Source: Alphaproteobacteria bacterium (GTDB lineage Bacteria; Pseudomonadota; Alphaproteobacteria; Rhodospirillales; WMHbin7). From it: 64,000 nucleotides of DNA. Positions 1 to 9,632 of this stretch are shown in pieces (position 1 is the stretch's first letter; each line of letters begins with the position of its first letter). Under the pieces are notes generated by a model, which worked only from the letters and a program-made list of their open reading frames with translations, had not been told where the DNA came from and ran no database searches. Made by a program: the position numbers and the translations under genes. The stretch lies in contig JADGAX010000002.1 of assembly GCA_015231795.1 (NCBI GenBank), forward strand, positions 593,067-657,066, given 5' to 3'.

Positions 1-3000
1 AATAGCCGGTGCCGAAATCATCGACGGCGATCGAGAATCCGCGCTCGCGCAATTCGCTTAAGATGGCGACCGCCTCGCCGGGATTGGACATGACGACCGA
101 TTCGGTCAGTTCGATTTCAATCCGCCTGGGGTCGGCCCCACTGGCCTTCAGCGCCTTGTCGATGGTCTCCATCAGATGCAGGTGCTGAAGCTGGCGTGCC
201 GACAGGTTGACCGCCACATGTCCGTTCAACAAGCCGTTCGCCGTCCAGATGGCGGTCAGGCGGCAGGCCTCGCGGAACGCCCATTCGCCGATAGGAACGA
301 TCAGCCCCGTTTCCTCGGCCAGCGGGATGAAGTCGTTGGGCGGAACCAGTCCCCTTTCGGGATGGCGCCAGCGGATCAGGGCCTCGGCGCCCGCCGGCTC
401 TCCGGTGGCCAGCAACACCTTGGGCTGGAAATACAGCTCGAACTCCAGTCGCTCGACGGCGCTTCTCAGATGCGTCTCAAGGTCAAGCCGCTCCAGCGCC
501 CTTGAATTCATGCTGGTGTCGAAGAAGCGAAAGGCGTTGCGCCCCGCCGCCTTGGCCTGATACATCGCGGTATCGGCGTTCTTCATCAACGCCTTCGCAT
601 CCAGCCCGTCCTCGGGGAAAAGGGCGATGCCCACGCTGGTCGTGACATGGATTTGGTGACCCTCAAGCGTCAAGGGCTGCACCAGTTCGTGAATGACCTT
701 CTCGGCGACATGGGCCACTTCGGCGGTGTTCGAAAAATAGGAAAGAACCAGCACGAATTCGTCGCCGCCCAAACGGGCCAATGTGTCGCTTTTGCGGATG
801 CAGGAGCGAAGCCGCTCGGCGACGGCCTGCAGCAGAAGATCGCCGACATCATGACCCAGGCTGTCGTTGATGGTCTTGAAGCGGTCAAGATCGAGAAACA
901 GCAAGGCTAGGTGCGTGCGGTCGCGTCTGGCCACGTCGATGGCGTGATCCAGGCGGTCTTGCAAAAGCATGCGGTTGGGCAAACCGGTCAGGGCGTCATG
1001 GTAGGCTTGGTGCTTGATGCGCTCGTCCTTCATGCGCAGTTCGGTCACGTCGTTGAAGACGGCGACATAGCGAACGGGTTGGCCCTGATCGTCCAGGATC
1101 GCGGTGATGCTTTGCCACTCCAGGAAGGCTTCGCCGTTCTTGCGCCGGTTCCACAATTCACCCTGCCAACTGCCCGTTTCGGCCAGCGTCTTCCACATCT
1201 GGGCGTAGAATTGCTCGTCGTGATGTTCGGATTTCAAGATGCGCGGCGTTTGGCCGATCGCCTCCTCGGCCGTATAGCCGGTAATTTCCGTAAAGGCGGG
1301 ATTGACCGACAGAATGATGCCGCCTTTGTCGGTGACCACGATGCCTTCGACGGTGTTGGTGTAGACGCTGGCGGCAAGGCGCAATTCCGCCTCGGCCTTG
1401 CGCTTGGCGGCGATATCCTCGGCCAGCATCAATAGATGAAAGCCGTCGCCGCTGGTGAAACGGGCGAAGCGACAAGACATCCATATTTCCGTGCCAAAAG
1501 AGGATGTCGTATGCGCTTCGATCTCTTCGGCGACGCCGTTGTCCAGAACGCGCAAAGCCGCGTCGCGCAGGCCGGATTCCCGCCAGGAGGCGACGGTCAG
1601 GAAGTTCTGCCCTTGCAATTGGTCGATGGTGGCGCCTGTAAAGCGGGCCAAGGCCAGATTGGCCAACACGCATTGGCCGTCCTTGCGATAGACCGCGATG
1701 CCCAGCGGCGAGGCGGAAATGATGCGCTGGTTCAGCTCAAGCAGCTCGGCCAATCGCTGCTCGGTGCGATAGCGATCCGTGATGTCTTGCAGAACGCCTT
1801 GCAACCGCACCACGTTGCCCTGGGCGTCGCGTACGATCTCGCCTTGCGAGGCGATTTGCAGCCATTCGCCATTCTGATGGCAGGCGCGATATTCGACCTG
1901 ATAGCTGGTGCCGCATTCGATGGCGTCCTCCAGCCGGGGCAGGTCGTCTTGATGAATGCGGCGGAAGAGGGCGCGTTTCCACAAGGGTTCGCCGGGGGTC
2001 AGGCCGAAGATGCGGTAGGTTTCGTCGGTCCAGGTCAGGCGATCCGAAGCGATGTCCCAAGTCCAGCCCCCGATCTTGGCGCGTTGCTGCGTATCTTCCA
2101 ACTGACGCTGCACCAATCTTTGAGCTTTCAGGCGATTGGTCAGCGCGCGGACGGTAAGGAAGATCGCCGCCATCATGAGCAGCCAGAGGATGGCGCCGAT
2201 AAAGGCCTTCAGGCGCCACGGCTCCATGACATGGCGGTAATTCTGCGTCACCGAGACGATGACGGGATAATTGTCCAGTTTGACTTGGCCGATCAGGCGC
2301 TCGACGCCGTCGATCGGCGAGACGTCGATGATGTTTTCCTCGCGCCGCTCGGACTGGGCGAACTGGGCCAGGGCGGGCGGCGACTGGCCGATCGATTCCG
2401 CCCTGTAGGGAACCCGGACCATCAAGGTCCCGTTGGCGTGGAAGATGCCCATCGATCCGCCCTGGCTGATTTGCTGGCGGCTGAAGGTAGTGCTGAAATC
2501 CAGGCAATCGACCATCACGCTGACCACGCCCGCGAACTGGCCGTTCTTGTCCACCAGCTTGCGGCTGAGAATAAACATGAACTTGGTCTTGTCGTTCAGG
2601 TAAGGAATGGCCTGGGTTAAGAACAGTCCGTCGGTCAGGCCGTCTCGATGCGCCTTGAAATGTTCGCGCTCGGCGATGCTGCCCGAGGTCGCTCCTTCGA
2701 AGGTGCGCTGGCGGATATTGCCCGCCTGGTCGGCGATGGCGATGTTGATGGCGATGGGCGAGATCTTCTTGCGCTGCTTCATGATGACGTCGATGTTCCG
2801 CCTGGCATCGGCCAAGTCGGGGTTCTGTTCAAGCTCGATCATGAAGGTCAGAATCTGGTCCAGAGTGCCCAAAGTCTGCTCGGTATAGGCTTTGTAAAGC
2901 CTGGCCTGATCGCGGGTTTCCACATAGGCGGCCTCGCGGATCAGCGTGCGTTCGTAATAGATCAGCAGGCATGTCAACAGAGTGACGAGCAGGGCCAAGC

Positions 3001-3055
3001 CCAGGCCAAGAACCTTGATCCACTTTTCCAGCCGTTGTGGATTTTCGCCGCCCAT
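1..3055 (-). CDS. Membrane-anchored diguanylate cyclase/phosphodiesterase (TM-dCache-PAS repeats-GGDEF-EAL); 3' end runs off the left edge
   Basis: Manual minus-strand translation from ATG 3055 (MGGENPQRLEKWIKVLGLGLALL...) gives a TM helix and a Cache-like region. It also gives PAS/PAC segments, LARLGGDEF near 750-780 and GAEALIRW near 370-395. Absent from the ORF track, presumably because its stop lies outside the window; I did not read every codon. Confidence 0.9.
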   Translation of the reverse strand, partial: MGGENPQRLEKWIKVLGLGLALLVTLLTCLLIYYERTLIREAAYVETRDQARLYKAYTEQTLGTLDQILTFMIELEQNPDLADARRNIDVIMKQRKKISPIAINIAIADQAGNIRQRTFEGATSGSIAEREHFKAHRDGLTDGLFLTQAIPYLNDKTKFMFILSRKLVDKNGQFAGVVSVMVDCLDFSTTFSRQQISQGGSMGIFHANGTLMVRVPYRAESIGQSPPALAQFAQSERREENIIDVSPIDGVERLIGQVKLDNYPVIVSVTQNYRHVMEPWRLKAFIGAILWLLMMAAIFLTVRALTNRLKAQRLVQRQLEDTQQRAKIGGWTWDIASDRLTWTDETYRIFGLTPGEPLWKRALFRRIHQDDLPRLEDAIECGTSYQVEYRACHQNGEWLQIASQGEIVRDAQGNVVRLQGVLQDITDRYRTEQRLAELLELNQRIISASPLGIAVYRKDGQCVLANLALARFTGATIDQLQGQNFLTVASWRESGLRDAALRVLDNGVAEEIEAHTTSSFGTEIWMSCRFARFTSGDGFHLLMLAEDIAAKRKAEAELRLAASVYTNTVEGIVVTDKGGIILSVNPAFTEITGYTAEEAIGQTPRILKSEHHDEQFYAQMWKTLAETGSWQGELWNRRKNGEAFLEWQSITAILDDQGQPVRYVAVFNDVTELRMKDERIKHQAYHDALTGLPNRMLLQDRLDHAIDVARRDRTHLALLFLDLDRFKTINDSLGHDVGDLLLQAVAERLRSCIRKSDTLARLGGDEFVLVLSYFSNTAEVAHVAEKVIHELVQPLTLEGHQIHVTTSVGIALFPEDGLDAKALMKNADTAMYQAKAAGRNAFRFFDTSMNSRALERLDLETHLRSAVERLEFELYFQPKVLLATGEPAGAEALIRWRHPERGLVPPNDFIPLAEETGLIVPIGEWAFREACRLTAIWTANGLLNGHVAVNLSARQLQHLHLMETIDKALKASGADPRRIEIELTESVVMSNPGEAVAILSELRERGFSIAVDDFGTGY

Positions 3056-3151
3056 GATCCCTAGCAGTTCAGGTATTTCTTCCCGACTGCGGAAACCTTA
3101 AGGCCAGATAATTTGCGGGGCAAGCCTGGAATAACCCTAAAAAACCAAAGC

Positions 3152-3736
3152 CTAAAACAAGTCCGCCCGATTGACGGCGCTGGGCGTCTCTAAAGCCATG
3201 GCCAGCGGGATGATCTCTTCGACGCTTTGGGCCACAGCGAACAAGTCGCGATGGCGCGGCGCAACGAAACCGCCATCGATCATCGAAGCGATCAAGGCCA
3301 GCAGCGGATCCCAAAAGCCGAAGCCATCGACCAGCACCACCGGCTTGTCATGCAGGCCCAACTGTTTCCAGGTCAGAATCTCGAAGGTCTCGTCCAAGGT
3401 GCCCAAACCGCCCGGCAAGACCGCGAAGGCGTCGGCCAGTTCGAACATGCGGGCCTTGCGGCTGTGCATGCTGTCCACCACCACCAGTTCCGAAAGGCCG
3501 GTATGTCCCACTTCCATCTTCAGCAGATGTTCGGGGATGACGCCGGTGACGTGTCCGCCATTGTCCATCACGCCCTGGGCGACCTTGCCCATCAGCCCGA
3601 CATTGCCGCCGCCATAGATCAGCTTGATGTCGTGGGCGGCCAGATTGGCCCCCAGTCTGAAGGCCATGTCGGCCATGGCGGGCTGCTTGCCCGCCGACGA
3701 GCCGCAGAAGACGCAAAGTGATTTGATCGCTGACAT
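3152..3736 (-). CDS. LOG family nucleotide monophosphate phosphoribohydrolase (TIGR00730-like Rossmann fold)
   Basis: Motifs CVFCGSS, IYGGGNVGLMG, MHSRKARM and PGGLGTLDE. Start set at MSAIKSL (3736). Confidence 0.92.
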   Translation of the reverse strand: MSAIKSLCVFCGSSAGKQPAMADMAFRLGANLAAHDIKLIYGGGNVGLMGKVAQGVMDNGGHVTGVIPEHLLKMEVGHTGLSELVVVDSMHSRKARMFELADAFAVLPGGLGTLDETFEILTWKQLGLHDKPVVLVDGFGFWDPLLALIASMIDGGFVAPRHRDLFAVAQSVEEIIPLAMALETPSAVNRADLF

Positions 3737-3883
3737 GCCCATCCTTTCGAATACATACGCCATCGGTGATATAGCTGATCCGCTCTCCCATGGCGAGAGG
3801 CGCTTGACATGTGCCTGCGCGCAGCCGAGATATGGGGCAGGGGTTCCTGTTCAACGCATTTTGACCAGCCAGGAGGATATCGC

Positions 3884-4342
3884 ATGCGACGTTCTTTGAA
3901 GGCGGCTTTGGCCGCAAGTCTGCTTGCCGCCATCGCCAGCGCACCCGCCCAGGCCCAGCAGAAACCCGATGAAGTGTTGGCCCTGCGCAAGGGTGTGTTT
4001 CAAGTGATCAAGTCCAGTTTCGGCCCGATGGCCGGTTTCGCCGACGGCAAGGTGCAGCTTGATGCAGCCCGGGCGGCTGTTCTGGGTGCTCGTTTAAGCG
4101 CCGTGGCGCCGATGGCGGCTGATGTGTTCCCGGCGGGTTCCGATTTCGTGGTCGGATCGAAAGCCAAGCCCGAGATTTGGTCCAAGCCCGATGATTTCAA
4201 AGCCAAGATGTCGGCCTTTCAAACGGCGGCGGCCAAGCTGGCCGACGCCGCCAAGGCGGGCAATCTGGACGGCGTGAAGGCGGCCGTTCCCGATGTCGGC
4301 AAGGCCTGCAAGGCCTGCCACGACGATTTCAAGGAAAAGTAA
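3884..4342 (+). CDS. Cytochrome c' / c556 (class II, periplasmic)
   Basis: Signal peptide, C-terminal CKACH heme motif, AKPEIW motif, and AGGAGG RBS before ATG 3884. Confidence 0.9.
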   Translation: MRRSLKAALAASLLAAIASAPAQAQQKPDEVLALRKGVFQVIKSSFGPMAGFADGKVQLDAARAAVLGARLSAVAPMAADVFPAGSDFVVGSKAKPEIWSKPDDFKAKMSAFQTAAAKLADAAKAGNLDGVKAAVPDVGKACKACHDDFKEK

Positions 4343-4369
4343 GAGAGCTATTTCGGTCCCGCCAGAGAG

Positions 4370-4819
4370 ATGACGAACGAAATCGATATCGACCTGGCGG
4401 GTCCGGCCTATGCCTTTACCTTGGCCGCCATTCACCAGGAAAGTGCAGCCGATCCCTGGGACGGGGCCGCTTTCGCCACTTTGCTGGCCCAGCCCGGCGT
4501 GATGGCCCTGCTGGCCCGCGCTGGCGGCGATCCTTTGGGTTTCATCCTGCTCCGCCTAGCCGCTGACGAAGGTGAAATCCTGCATTTTGCGGTTCGCCCG
4601 GCGCATCGCCGCCAGCATCTGGGGCAAGCCCTGCTCGATCAGGCTCTGCGGATCATGATTTCCCGAGGGGCCGGGCGCTTGTTCCTCGAGGTCGAGGAAA
4701 CCAACCAAGCCGCCCAAGGACTTTACGAACAGGCAGGCTTCAAGAAAGCCGGTTTTCGGCCAGATTATTACGGCCCGGGCCGTCCGGCGCTGCTGCTGGC
4801 GAAGAATTTGGAAGCCTAA
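4370..4819 (+). CDS. rimI: RimI-like GNAT N-acetyltransferase
   Basis: EGEILHFAV, RRQHLGQALL, LFLEVEETN, LYEQAGF and RPDYY match the RimI pattern. Confidence 0.75.
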   Translation: MTNEIDIDLAGPAYAFTLAAIHQESAADPWDGAAFATLLAQPGVMALLARAGGDPLGFILLRLAADEGEILHFAVRPAHRRQHLGQALLDQALRIMISRGAGRLFLEVEETNQAAQGLYEQAGFKKAGFRPDYYGPGRPALLLAKNLEA

Positions 4820-5145
4820 TCCCCCAAGCCCATGACGAAGGCCAGGGCAGAATTCAGGCGCGCCAAATCCGCCGCGCTCAGGCGTCCGATCCGCTGGCCG
4901 ACACGCTCGCGGCGGATGGTCACCGGCTTGTCCGCCATGACTTGCGAAGGCAGGCGCAGGCCGTTTTCGGGGCTGGGATCGACCGTAATGCGAAAGTCGG
5001 GGGCGTCTGCCAGCTCGCTGGTCATTTGGCAGACGATGACGGACGCGAAATTTCTGGGGAAGGCGTCCGACTGAACGATGACGGCCGGGCGCGGCTTGCC
5101 GTAATCGCCGCTGCTGGCGACTGTGACGACGTCACCGCGCTTCAT
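4816..5145 (-). CDS. Type II TA toxin, PemK/MazF family endoribonuclease
   Basis: MKRGDVVTV...GDYGKPRPAVIVQSD...NGLRLPSQVMADK. Its start overlaps the 3' end of the antitoxin. Confidence 0.92.
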   Translation of the reverse strand: MKRGDVVTVASSGDYGKPRPAVIVQSDAFPRNFASVIVCQMTSELADAPDFRITVDPSPENGLRLPSQVMADKPVTIRRERVGQRIGRLSAADLARLNSALAFVMGLGD

Positions 5146-5341
5146 CGGTTTCGAATTCAGAGACGGCTTCGATCCATTCAAGCGCTTCTTGTTCGGACCT
5201 GGGATTTAGCCTGGCCGTCTCCTGGGCGATGCGTTTCTGCACGTCCTTGACGCGGGCGTCCGGCAAGATCAGACGCACCTCGCGCAGGTTAAGGCCGCGC
5301 CGTCTGTCCCGCATGGCCCTCATTCGTTCCGCAGCAGCCAT
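5132..5341 (-). CDS. Antitoxin, MazE-like DUF3018 family
   Basis: 69 aa protein directly upstream of and overlapping the toxin. RMRAMRDRRRGLNLREVRLILPD and the acidic WIEAVSE tail fit DUF3018. GGAGGT RBS. Confidence 0.8.
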   Translation of the reverse strand: MAAAERMRAMRDRRRGLNLREVRLILPDARVKDVQKRIAQETARLNPRSEQEALEWIEAVSEFETDEAR

Positions 5342-5364
5342 AAAACCTCCCATTGGATGGTTGC

Positions 5365-5393
5365 ATCGTAACGCGTTACGAAGATTCTTTCAA
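5365..5393 (-). promoter_or_regulatory. Sigma70 promoter of the TA operon with an overlapping perfect 16-bp palindromic operator
   Basis: Minus strand reads TTGAAA-N17-TACGAT. Palindrome TCGTAACGCGTTACGA at 5366-5381 covers the spacer and -10. Confidence 0.75.
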
Positions 5394-5400
5394 TCCTTCC

Positions 5401-5429
5401 TTGGCAAGCCCGATTACCTGTGCTAGAAA
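5401..5429 (+). promoter_or_regulatory. Probable sigma70 promoter of rpsU
   Basis: TTGGCA-N17-TAGAAA about 65 nt upstream of the start. It lacks the -7 T, which is common in Alphaproteobacteria. Confidence 0.5.
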
Positions 5430-5495
5430 CCCCGCCTTTCCAGGACGCATGGGGCGGCCTGGGGGCGGTTTTGCTTTTGGAAGGAGCGGTTGCCC

Positions 5496-5699
5496 GTGCA
5501 GGTTCTCGTCCGTGACAACAATGTTGATCAGGCCCTCAAGGCGCTCAAAAAGAAGATGCAGCGTGAGGGGATCTTCCGCGAGATGAAGCTGCGTCGCAAT
5601 TTCGAGAAGCCCTCCGAACGCAAGGCCCGCGAAAAGGCCGAAGCCGTTCGCCGCGCCCGCAAGCTGGAGCGCAAGCGCCTGGAGCGCGAAGGCTTCTAA
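5496..5699 (+). CDS. rpsU: 30S ribosomal protein S21
   Basis: (M)[43 protein letters not shown] start after an AAGGAG RBS. Confidence 0.97.
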   Translation: MQVLVRDNNVDQALKALKKKMQREGIFREMKLRRNFEKPSERKAREKAEAVRRARKLERKRLEREGF

Positions 5700-5731
5700 C
5701 CCTTCTTTCTTCCCGCAAGGAAAAGCATGCC

Positions 5732-5769
5732 AGCCCCGATCCGCAAGGACCGGGGCTTTCGGTTTTTTT
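5732..5769 (+). terminator. Intrinsic terminator after rpsU
   Basis: AGCCCCGATCC-GCAA-GGACCGGGGCT followed by a T-rich tract. A second, weaker GCAA-loop hairpin lies at about 5705-5725. Confidence 0.8.
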
Positions 5770-5809
5770 AAGCAAGGGCTATGGTGGGTGGCATTTCACG
5801 AGGAACGAC

Positions 5810-6484
5810 ATGACCTATCGCAGCGACTTCGATTTCGGCGATCTTAGCCTTTCGCGCATCGTGACCAATCCGCCTTGGTTCGAAAACGCCTATGTGGTCC
5901 GCCATAAGCCCAGCAACAGCGCCGTGGTGATCGATCCGGGCGGCATGGCCCCCGAGATCGCCAAGGCCGCGGGTGAAGACGGCTGCAAGCTGGCAGCCAT
6001 CTGGCTGACCCATGGCCATTTCGACCATCTGGCCGGGGTTGCCGATCTGCAGGACCTGCAAGACGTGCCCTGCATCGCCCATGCCGACGAAAAGCGGCTG
6101 ATCGAGGCCCAACCCGCCTTCTCGGCTTCGATGCTTGATCAGCCGGTGCGCCTGCCTAGGAGCCTGTCTTGGCTTTCGGGAATCGACCCCGACCTGGATT
6201 TGGGTGGGTGCCGGGTGCGGGCGATCACCACGCCGGGCCATACGCCGGGCGGCGTCTGCTACGATTTCGGCCCCTTCGTGATCACCGGCGACACTTTGTT
6301 CGATCAGGGCGTCGGACGCACCGATCTGCCCGGCGGCGACGGCGTGGTTTTGAAGTCGTCGATCGACCGGCTGCTTGGCCTGCTCGATCCCGAAGTCCGC
6401 CTGTTCGCGGGCCATGGCGAGGATTGGACGGCAAGCGACGCCAAGCCCTGGTGGGTCCAGATGGGCGGCTATTTCTTCTCGTAA
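5810..6484 (+). CDS. MBL-fold metallo-hydrolase (glyoxalase II/YcbL-like)
   Basis: THGHFDH, TPGHTPG, ITGDTLF and AGHG motifs. Confidence 0.9.
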   Translation: MTYRSDFDFGDLSLSRIVTNPPWFENAYVVRHKPSNSAVVIDPGGMAPEIAKAAGEDGCKLAAIWLTHGHFDHLAGVADLQDLQDVPCIAHADEKRLIEAQPAFSASMLDQPVRLPRSLSWLSGIDPDLDLGGCRVRAITTPGHTPGGVCYDFGPFVITGDTLFDQGVGRTDLPGGDGVVLKSSIDRLLGLLDPEVRLFAGHGEDWTASDAKPWWVQMGGYFFS

Positions 6485-6504
6485 GTTCTGGGGAGACTGC
6501 AAGC

Positions 6505-7929
6505 ATGTATATCGACGGCGCTTGGATCGAAACGCGCAAGACCTTCGCCAGCCACAATCCGGCCAATGGCGAGATATTGGGCCAAGCACCCGATGGCACC
6601 GAGATCGAGACCCGCCAGGCCATCAACGCCGCCGCCAAGGCCTTTCCCGCTTGGGCGTCGTCTTCGGCCTATCTGCGCGCAGAGCTTTTGTACCGCGCTT
6701 GGCAATTGATGGTCCAGCGCAAGGAGGAACTTGCCCGGCTGATGAGCGAGGAACAGGGCAAGCCCTTGAAGGCGGCGCGCAACGAGGTGGTTTACGGCGC
6801 CGATTTTCTGCAATGGTACGCCGAGGAAGCCAAGCGGGTTTACGGCCAGGTGATTCCAGCGCCCAGGGCCGACCAGCGCTTCATATCCTTGCGCCAACCG
6901 GTGGGCGTGGTGGCGGCGATCACGCCTTGGAACTATCCGATGTCGATGTTGACCCGCAAGATGGCCCCGGCGCTGGCCGCCGGCTGCACCATCGTGCTGA
7001 AGCCCGCCGAGGCGACGCCGCTGTGCGCCATGGCCGTTTTCAAGATTTTCCACGACGCGGGGTTTCCGCCCGGCGTGGTCAATCTGGTCACGGCCCGCGA
7101 TCCTGCGCCGGTGGGCGAGGAAATGGTTTCCAATCCCCTGGTGCGCAAGATCACCTTTACGGGTTCGACCTATGTCGGCAAGCAAATCGCCTCGAAGGCG
7201 GCCTTGCACGTCAAGCGCGTCTCGATGGAACTGGGCGGACACGCGCCGTTCATTCTATGCCCCGACGCCGACCCGGTGCATGCCGCCAAGGGCGCTGTGC
7301 TGATCAAGGGGCTGAATACCGGCCAGGCCTGCATCAGTCCCAACCGCTTTCTGGTTCATCGCCCCCTGGTTCCCGCCTTCGTGGCCGAACTGGCCGCCAG
7401 GACCGCCAAGCTGAAGGCGGGGTCGGGGCTGGATGAAAGCGTTTCGGTGGGTCCGCTGATCAGCCAGTTGGCGCTCGACAAGGTGCATCGCCAGGTCGAA
7501 GACGCCGTTTCGAAGGGCGCCAAGATCGAATGCGGCGGGCACAGGCTGTCAGACGGCGGATTGGATAAGGGGCATTTCTACGCGCCCACGGTTCTGTCGG
7601 GCGTGGCGCGCGACATGCTGATCTGGCGCGAGGAAACTTTTGGCCCGGTCGCACCCGTCATCGCCTATGACGACGAAGCCGAGATTCTGCCCCTGGCCAA
7701 CGACACCGACTATGGCTTGGCGGCCTATGTCTATACGCCCAACTTGAACCGCGCCATGAAGCTGTTCGAAGGATTGCGTTTCGGCATCATAGGCGTCAAC
7801 GACATCAATCCCACCGCCGTCGCCGCACCCTTCGGCGGCATGAAGGAAAGCGGTCTGGGCCGCGAGGGCGGCCAGGAAGGGATATTGGAATATCTGGAGA
7901 CCAAGTTGGGCGGCTTCTCGCTGGCCTGA
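6505..7929 (+). CDS. gabD: NAD(P)-dependent succinate-semialdehyde dehydrogenase (aldehyde dehydrogenase family)
   Basis: ITPWNYP, FTGSTYVG, MELGGHAP, GQACISPNR, EETFGP and PFGGMKESGLGREGG. Start at MYIDGAW (6505). Confidence 0.85.
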   Translation: MYIDGAWIETRKTFASHNPANGEILGQAPDGTEIETRQAINAAAKAFPAWASSSAYLRAELLYRAWQLMVQRKEELARLMSEEQGKPLKAARNEVVYGADFLQWYAEEAKRVYGQVIPAPRADQRFISLRQPVGVVAAITPWNYPMSMLTRKMAPALAAGCTIVLKPAEATPLCAMAVFKIFHDAGFPPGVVNLVTARDPAPVGEEMVSNPLVRKITFTGSTYVGKQIASKAALHVKRVSMELGGHAPFILCPDADPVHAAKGAVLIKGLNTGQACISPNRFLVHRPLVPAFVAELAARTAKLKAGSGLDESVSVGPLISQLALDKVHRQVEDAVSKGAKIECGGHRLSDGGLDKGHFYAPTVLSGVARDMLIWREETFGPVAPVIAYDDEAEILPLANDTDYGLAAYVYTPNLNRAMKLFEGLRFGIIGVNDINPTAVAAPFGGMKESGLGREGGQEGILEYLETKLGGFSLA

Positions 7930-8010
7930 CCGCCCTCAGGGCAAGTACCTACGCGCGCTTACCCGCCCGCTTTTCATGGACAGAAGCGTCCTCGGACGCA
8001 ACAATCGGGC

Positions 8011-9618
8011 ATGAGCCGATATTTGGACAAGATGGGAGAAACGGCCAACGGCGTGGTATTGCTGGCCGCCGCCTATGTGGCGCTGCATGTCTTTCTGGAT
8101 GGCGTCAGTTGGGTACATGGGCTGCAGAATCTGCTTATAACGCCCTGGAATCCGGTCGCAGGGCTGGCTCTTGCCTTTCTGTTGTTGGCCGGAATTCGCT
8201 ATTTCCCGGCGGTCATGGCTGGCTGCCTGATGGCCGATCTGCTGGTCAGAGGGTCATCCTTCCATCTGCTTCCCTCGCTTGTTTTCGCGCTGCTCTTTGC
8301 CCTTTCCTACGTCGCCTGCGCCCTGTTGCTCAAACGCCATCGGATCGGGCTGGATGCGCTGAATCTGCGCGACGTCTTGCTGATTGCGATCATCGGATCT
8401 GGAACTGCGCTGATCATCGGAACCGTCCATGTCGCCACTTTGATCGCTTTCGACATGCTAAGCCTGTCCCGCCTTGGCGAGGCTTTGCCGCGCTACTGGG
8501 TGGGCGACGTCATCGGCATCATCACCACGGCGCCGTTGATTCTCGTCTTGTGGCCGCACCGCAAGGACTTGTGGGGATTGCTCCAGGAACTGGTCTGGCC
8601 GCTGGCCGCGGTGGCGGCGATTTCCTGGATTACCTTCGGCGTCAAGACGACAAACGAGTTCAAGCTCTTCTATCTCTTATTCCTGCCCCTGATCTGGATG
8701 GCGGTGCGACACGGCATGAAAGGCGCCGTCATCGGCATCGCCGCCACGCAGATTTGCATGATGGCGATCACGACCTTGCTAGGCTATGAAGCCGCGACGG
8801 TGACCTCTTTTCAGATCTTGATGCTGGTTCTGACCTTGACGGCGCTGCTGCTGGCCGCCGTCGTCGATGAGCGGGCGCGGGCGGAAAGCAATCTGCACGA
8901 CCACCAGATGAGTCTGGCGCAAATGACCAGGCTGTCGCTGGCTGGCGAAATGGCGTCGGGTCTGGCGCATGAGCTGAACCAGCCCCTGACCGCCATCGTC
9001 AATTACATCAAGGCGGCACAAGGCCTGCTGCAAGGCCCGTCATCGCGGTTGGCCGACGCCCAGGACGCCCTGGGCAAGGCCTCCAGCCAAGCCATGCGGG
9101 CCAGCCAGATCATCGGCCGCCTGCGCGAATTCTTGCAAAAAGGCGAGATGGCATTGTCGCCGGTCTCCTTGTCCGATCTGGTGGCCGAGGCCCTGGCGTT
9201 GATCGCCTCGACCGCCAAGCGCAGCCAGGTGCGCATCGCGGTGCAGCTTGCGCCGCCATTGCCCAAGGTGATGGTGGACCGCATTCATATCGAGCAGGTC
9301 CTGCTCAACTTGTTGCTCAACGCCATCGAGGCGACCTCCGACAGAAAGCCGGACGAGCGCGAGATCGCCATCGAGGCTAGGCTCAGGAGCGACGGCATGG
9401 CCGAAATAGCGGTGCGCGACAACGGGCCGGGCATCGATCCGGAAATCGAAGGCCGCCTGTTCGAGCCATTCGCCTCCTCGAAAAGCGAAGGCATGGGGCT
9501 TGGCCTGATGATTTGCCGGACCATCGTCGAGGCGCATGGCGGCAGCCTGTGGCACGATGATAAAATCGGCGGCGCCACCATCTTCCGCTTTACGCTTCTT
9601 GTCGATGCTTCCGCTTAA
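8011..9618 (+). CDS. MASE1-domain sensor histidine kinase (FixL/NtrB-type transmitter, no PAS)
   Basis: Multi-TM N-terminus with WNPVAG and YWVGDVIG (MASE1). H-box AHELNQPL, EQVLLNLLLNA, DNGPG and GMGLGL. Confidence 0.88.
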   Translation: MSRYLDKMGETANGVVLLAAAYVALHVFLDGVSWVHGLQNLLITPWNPVAGLALAFLLLAGIRYFPAVMAGCLMADLLVRGSSFHLLPSLVFALLFALSYVACALLLKRHRIGLDALNLRDVLLIAIIGSGTALIIGTVHVATLIAFDMLSLSRLGEALPRYWVGDVIGIITTAPLILVLWPHRKDLWGLLQELVWPLAAVAAISWITFGVKTTNEFKLFYLLFLPLIWMAVRHGMKGAVIGIAATQICMMAITTLLGYEAATVTSFQILMLVLTLTALLLAAVVDERARAESNLHDHQMSLAQMTRLSLAGEMASGLAHELNQPLTAIVNYIKAAQGLLQGPSSRLADAQDALGKASSQAMRASQIIGRLREFLQKGEMALSPVSLSDLVAEALALIASTAKRSQVRIAVQLAPPLPKVMVDRIHIEQVLLNLLLNAIEATSDRKPDEREIAIEARLRSDGMAEIAVRDNGPGIDPEIEGRLFEPFASSKSEGMGLGLMICRTIVEAHGGSLWHDDKIGGATIFRFTLLVDASA

Positions 9619-9632
9619 GAAAGGAAAAGGCC

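Noticed and set aside
7944-7966. NarL/FixJ-like TACC heptamers upstream of the MASE1 kinase
   Set aside because: The matches are short and degenerate, without convincing spacing or symmetry.
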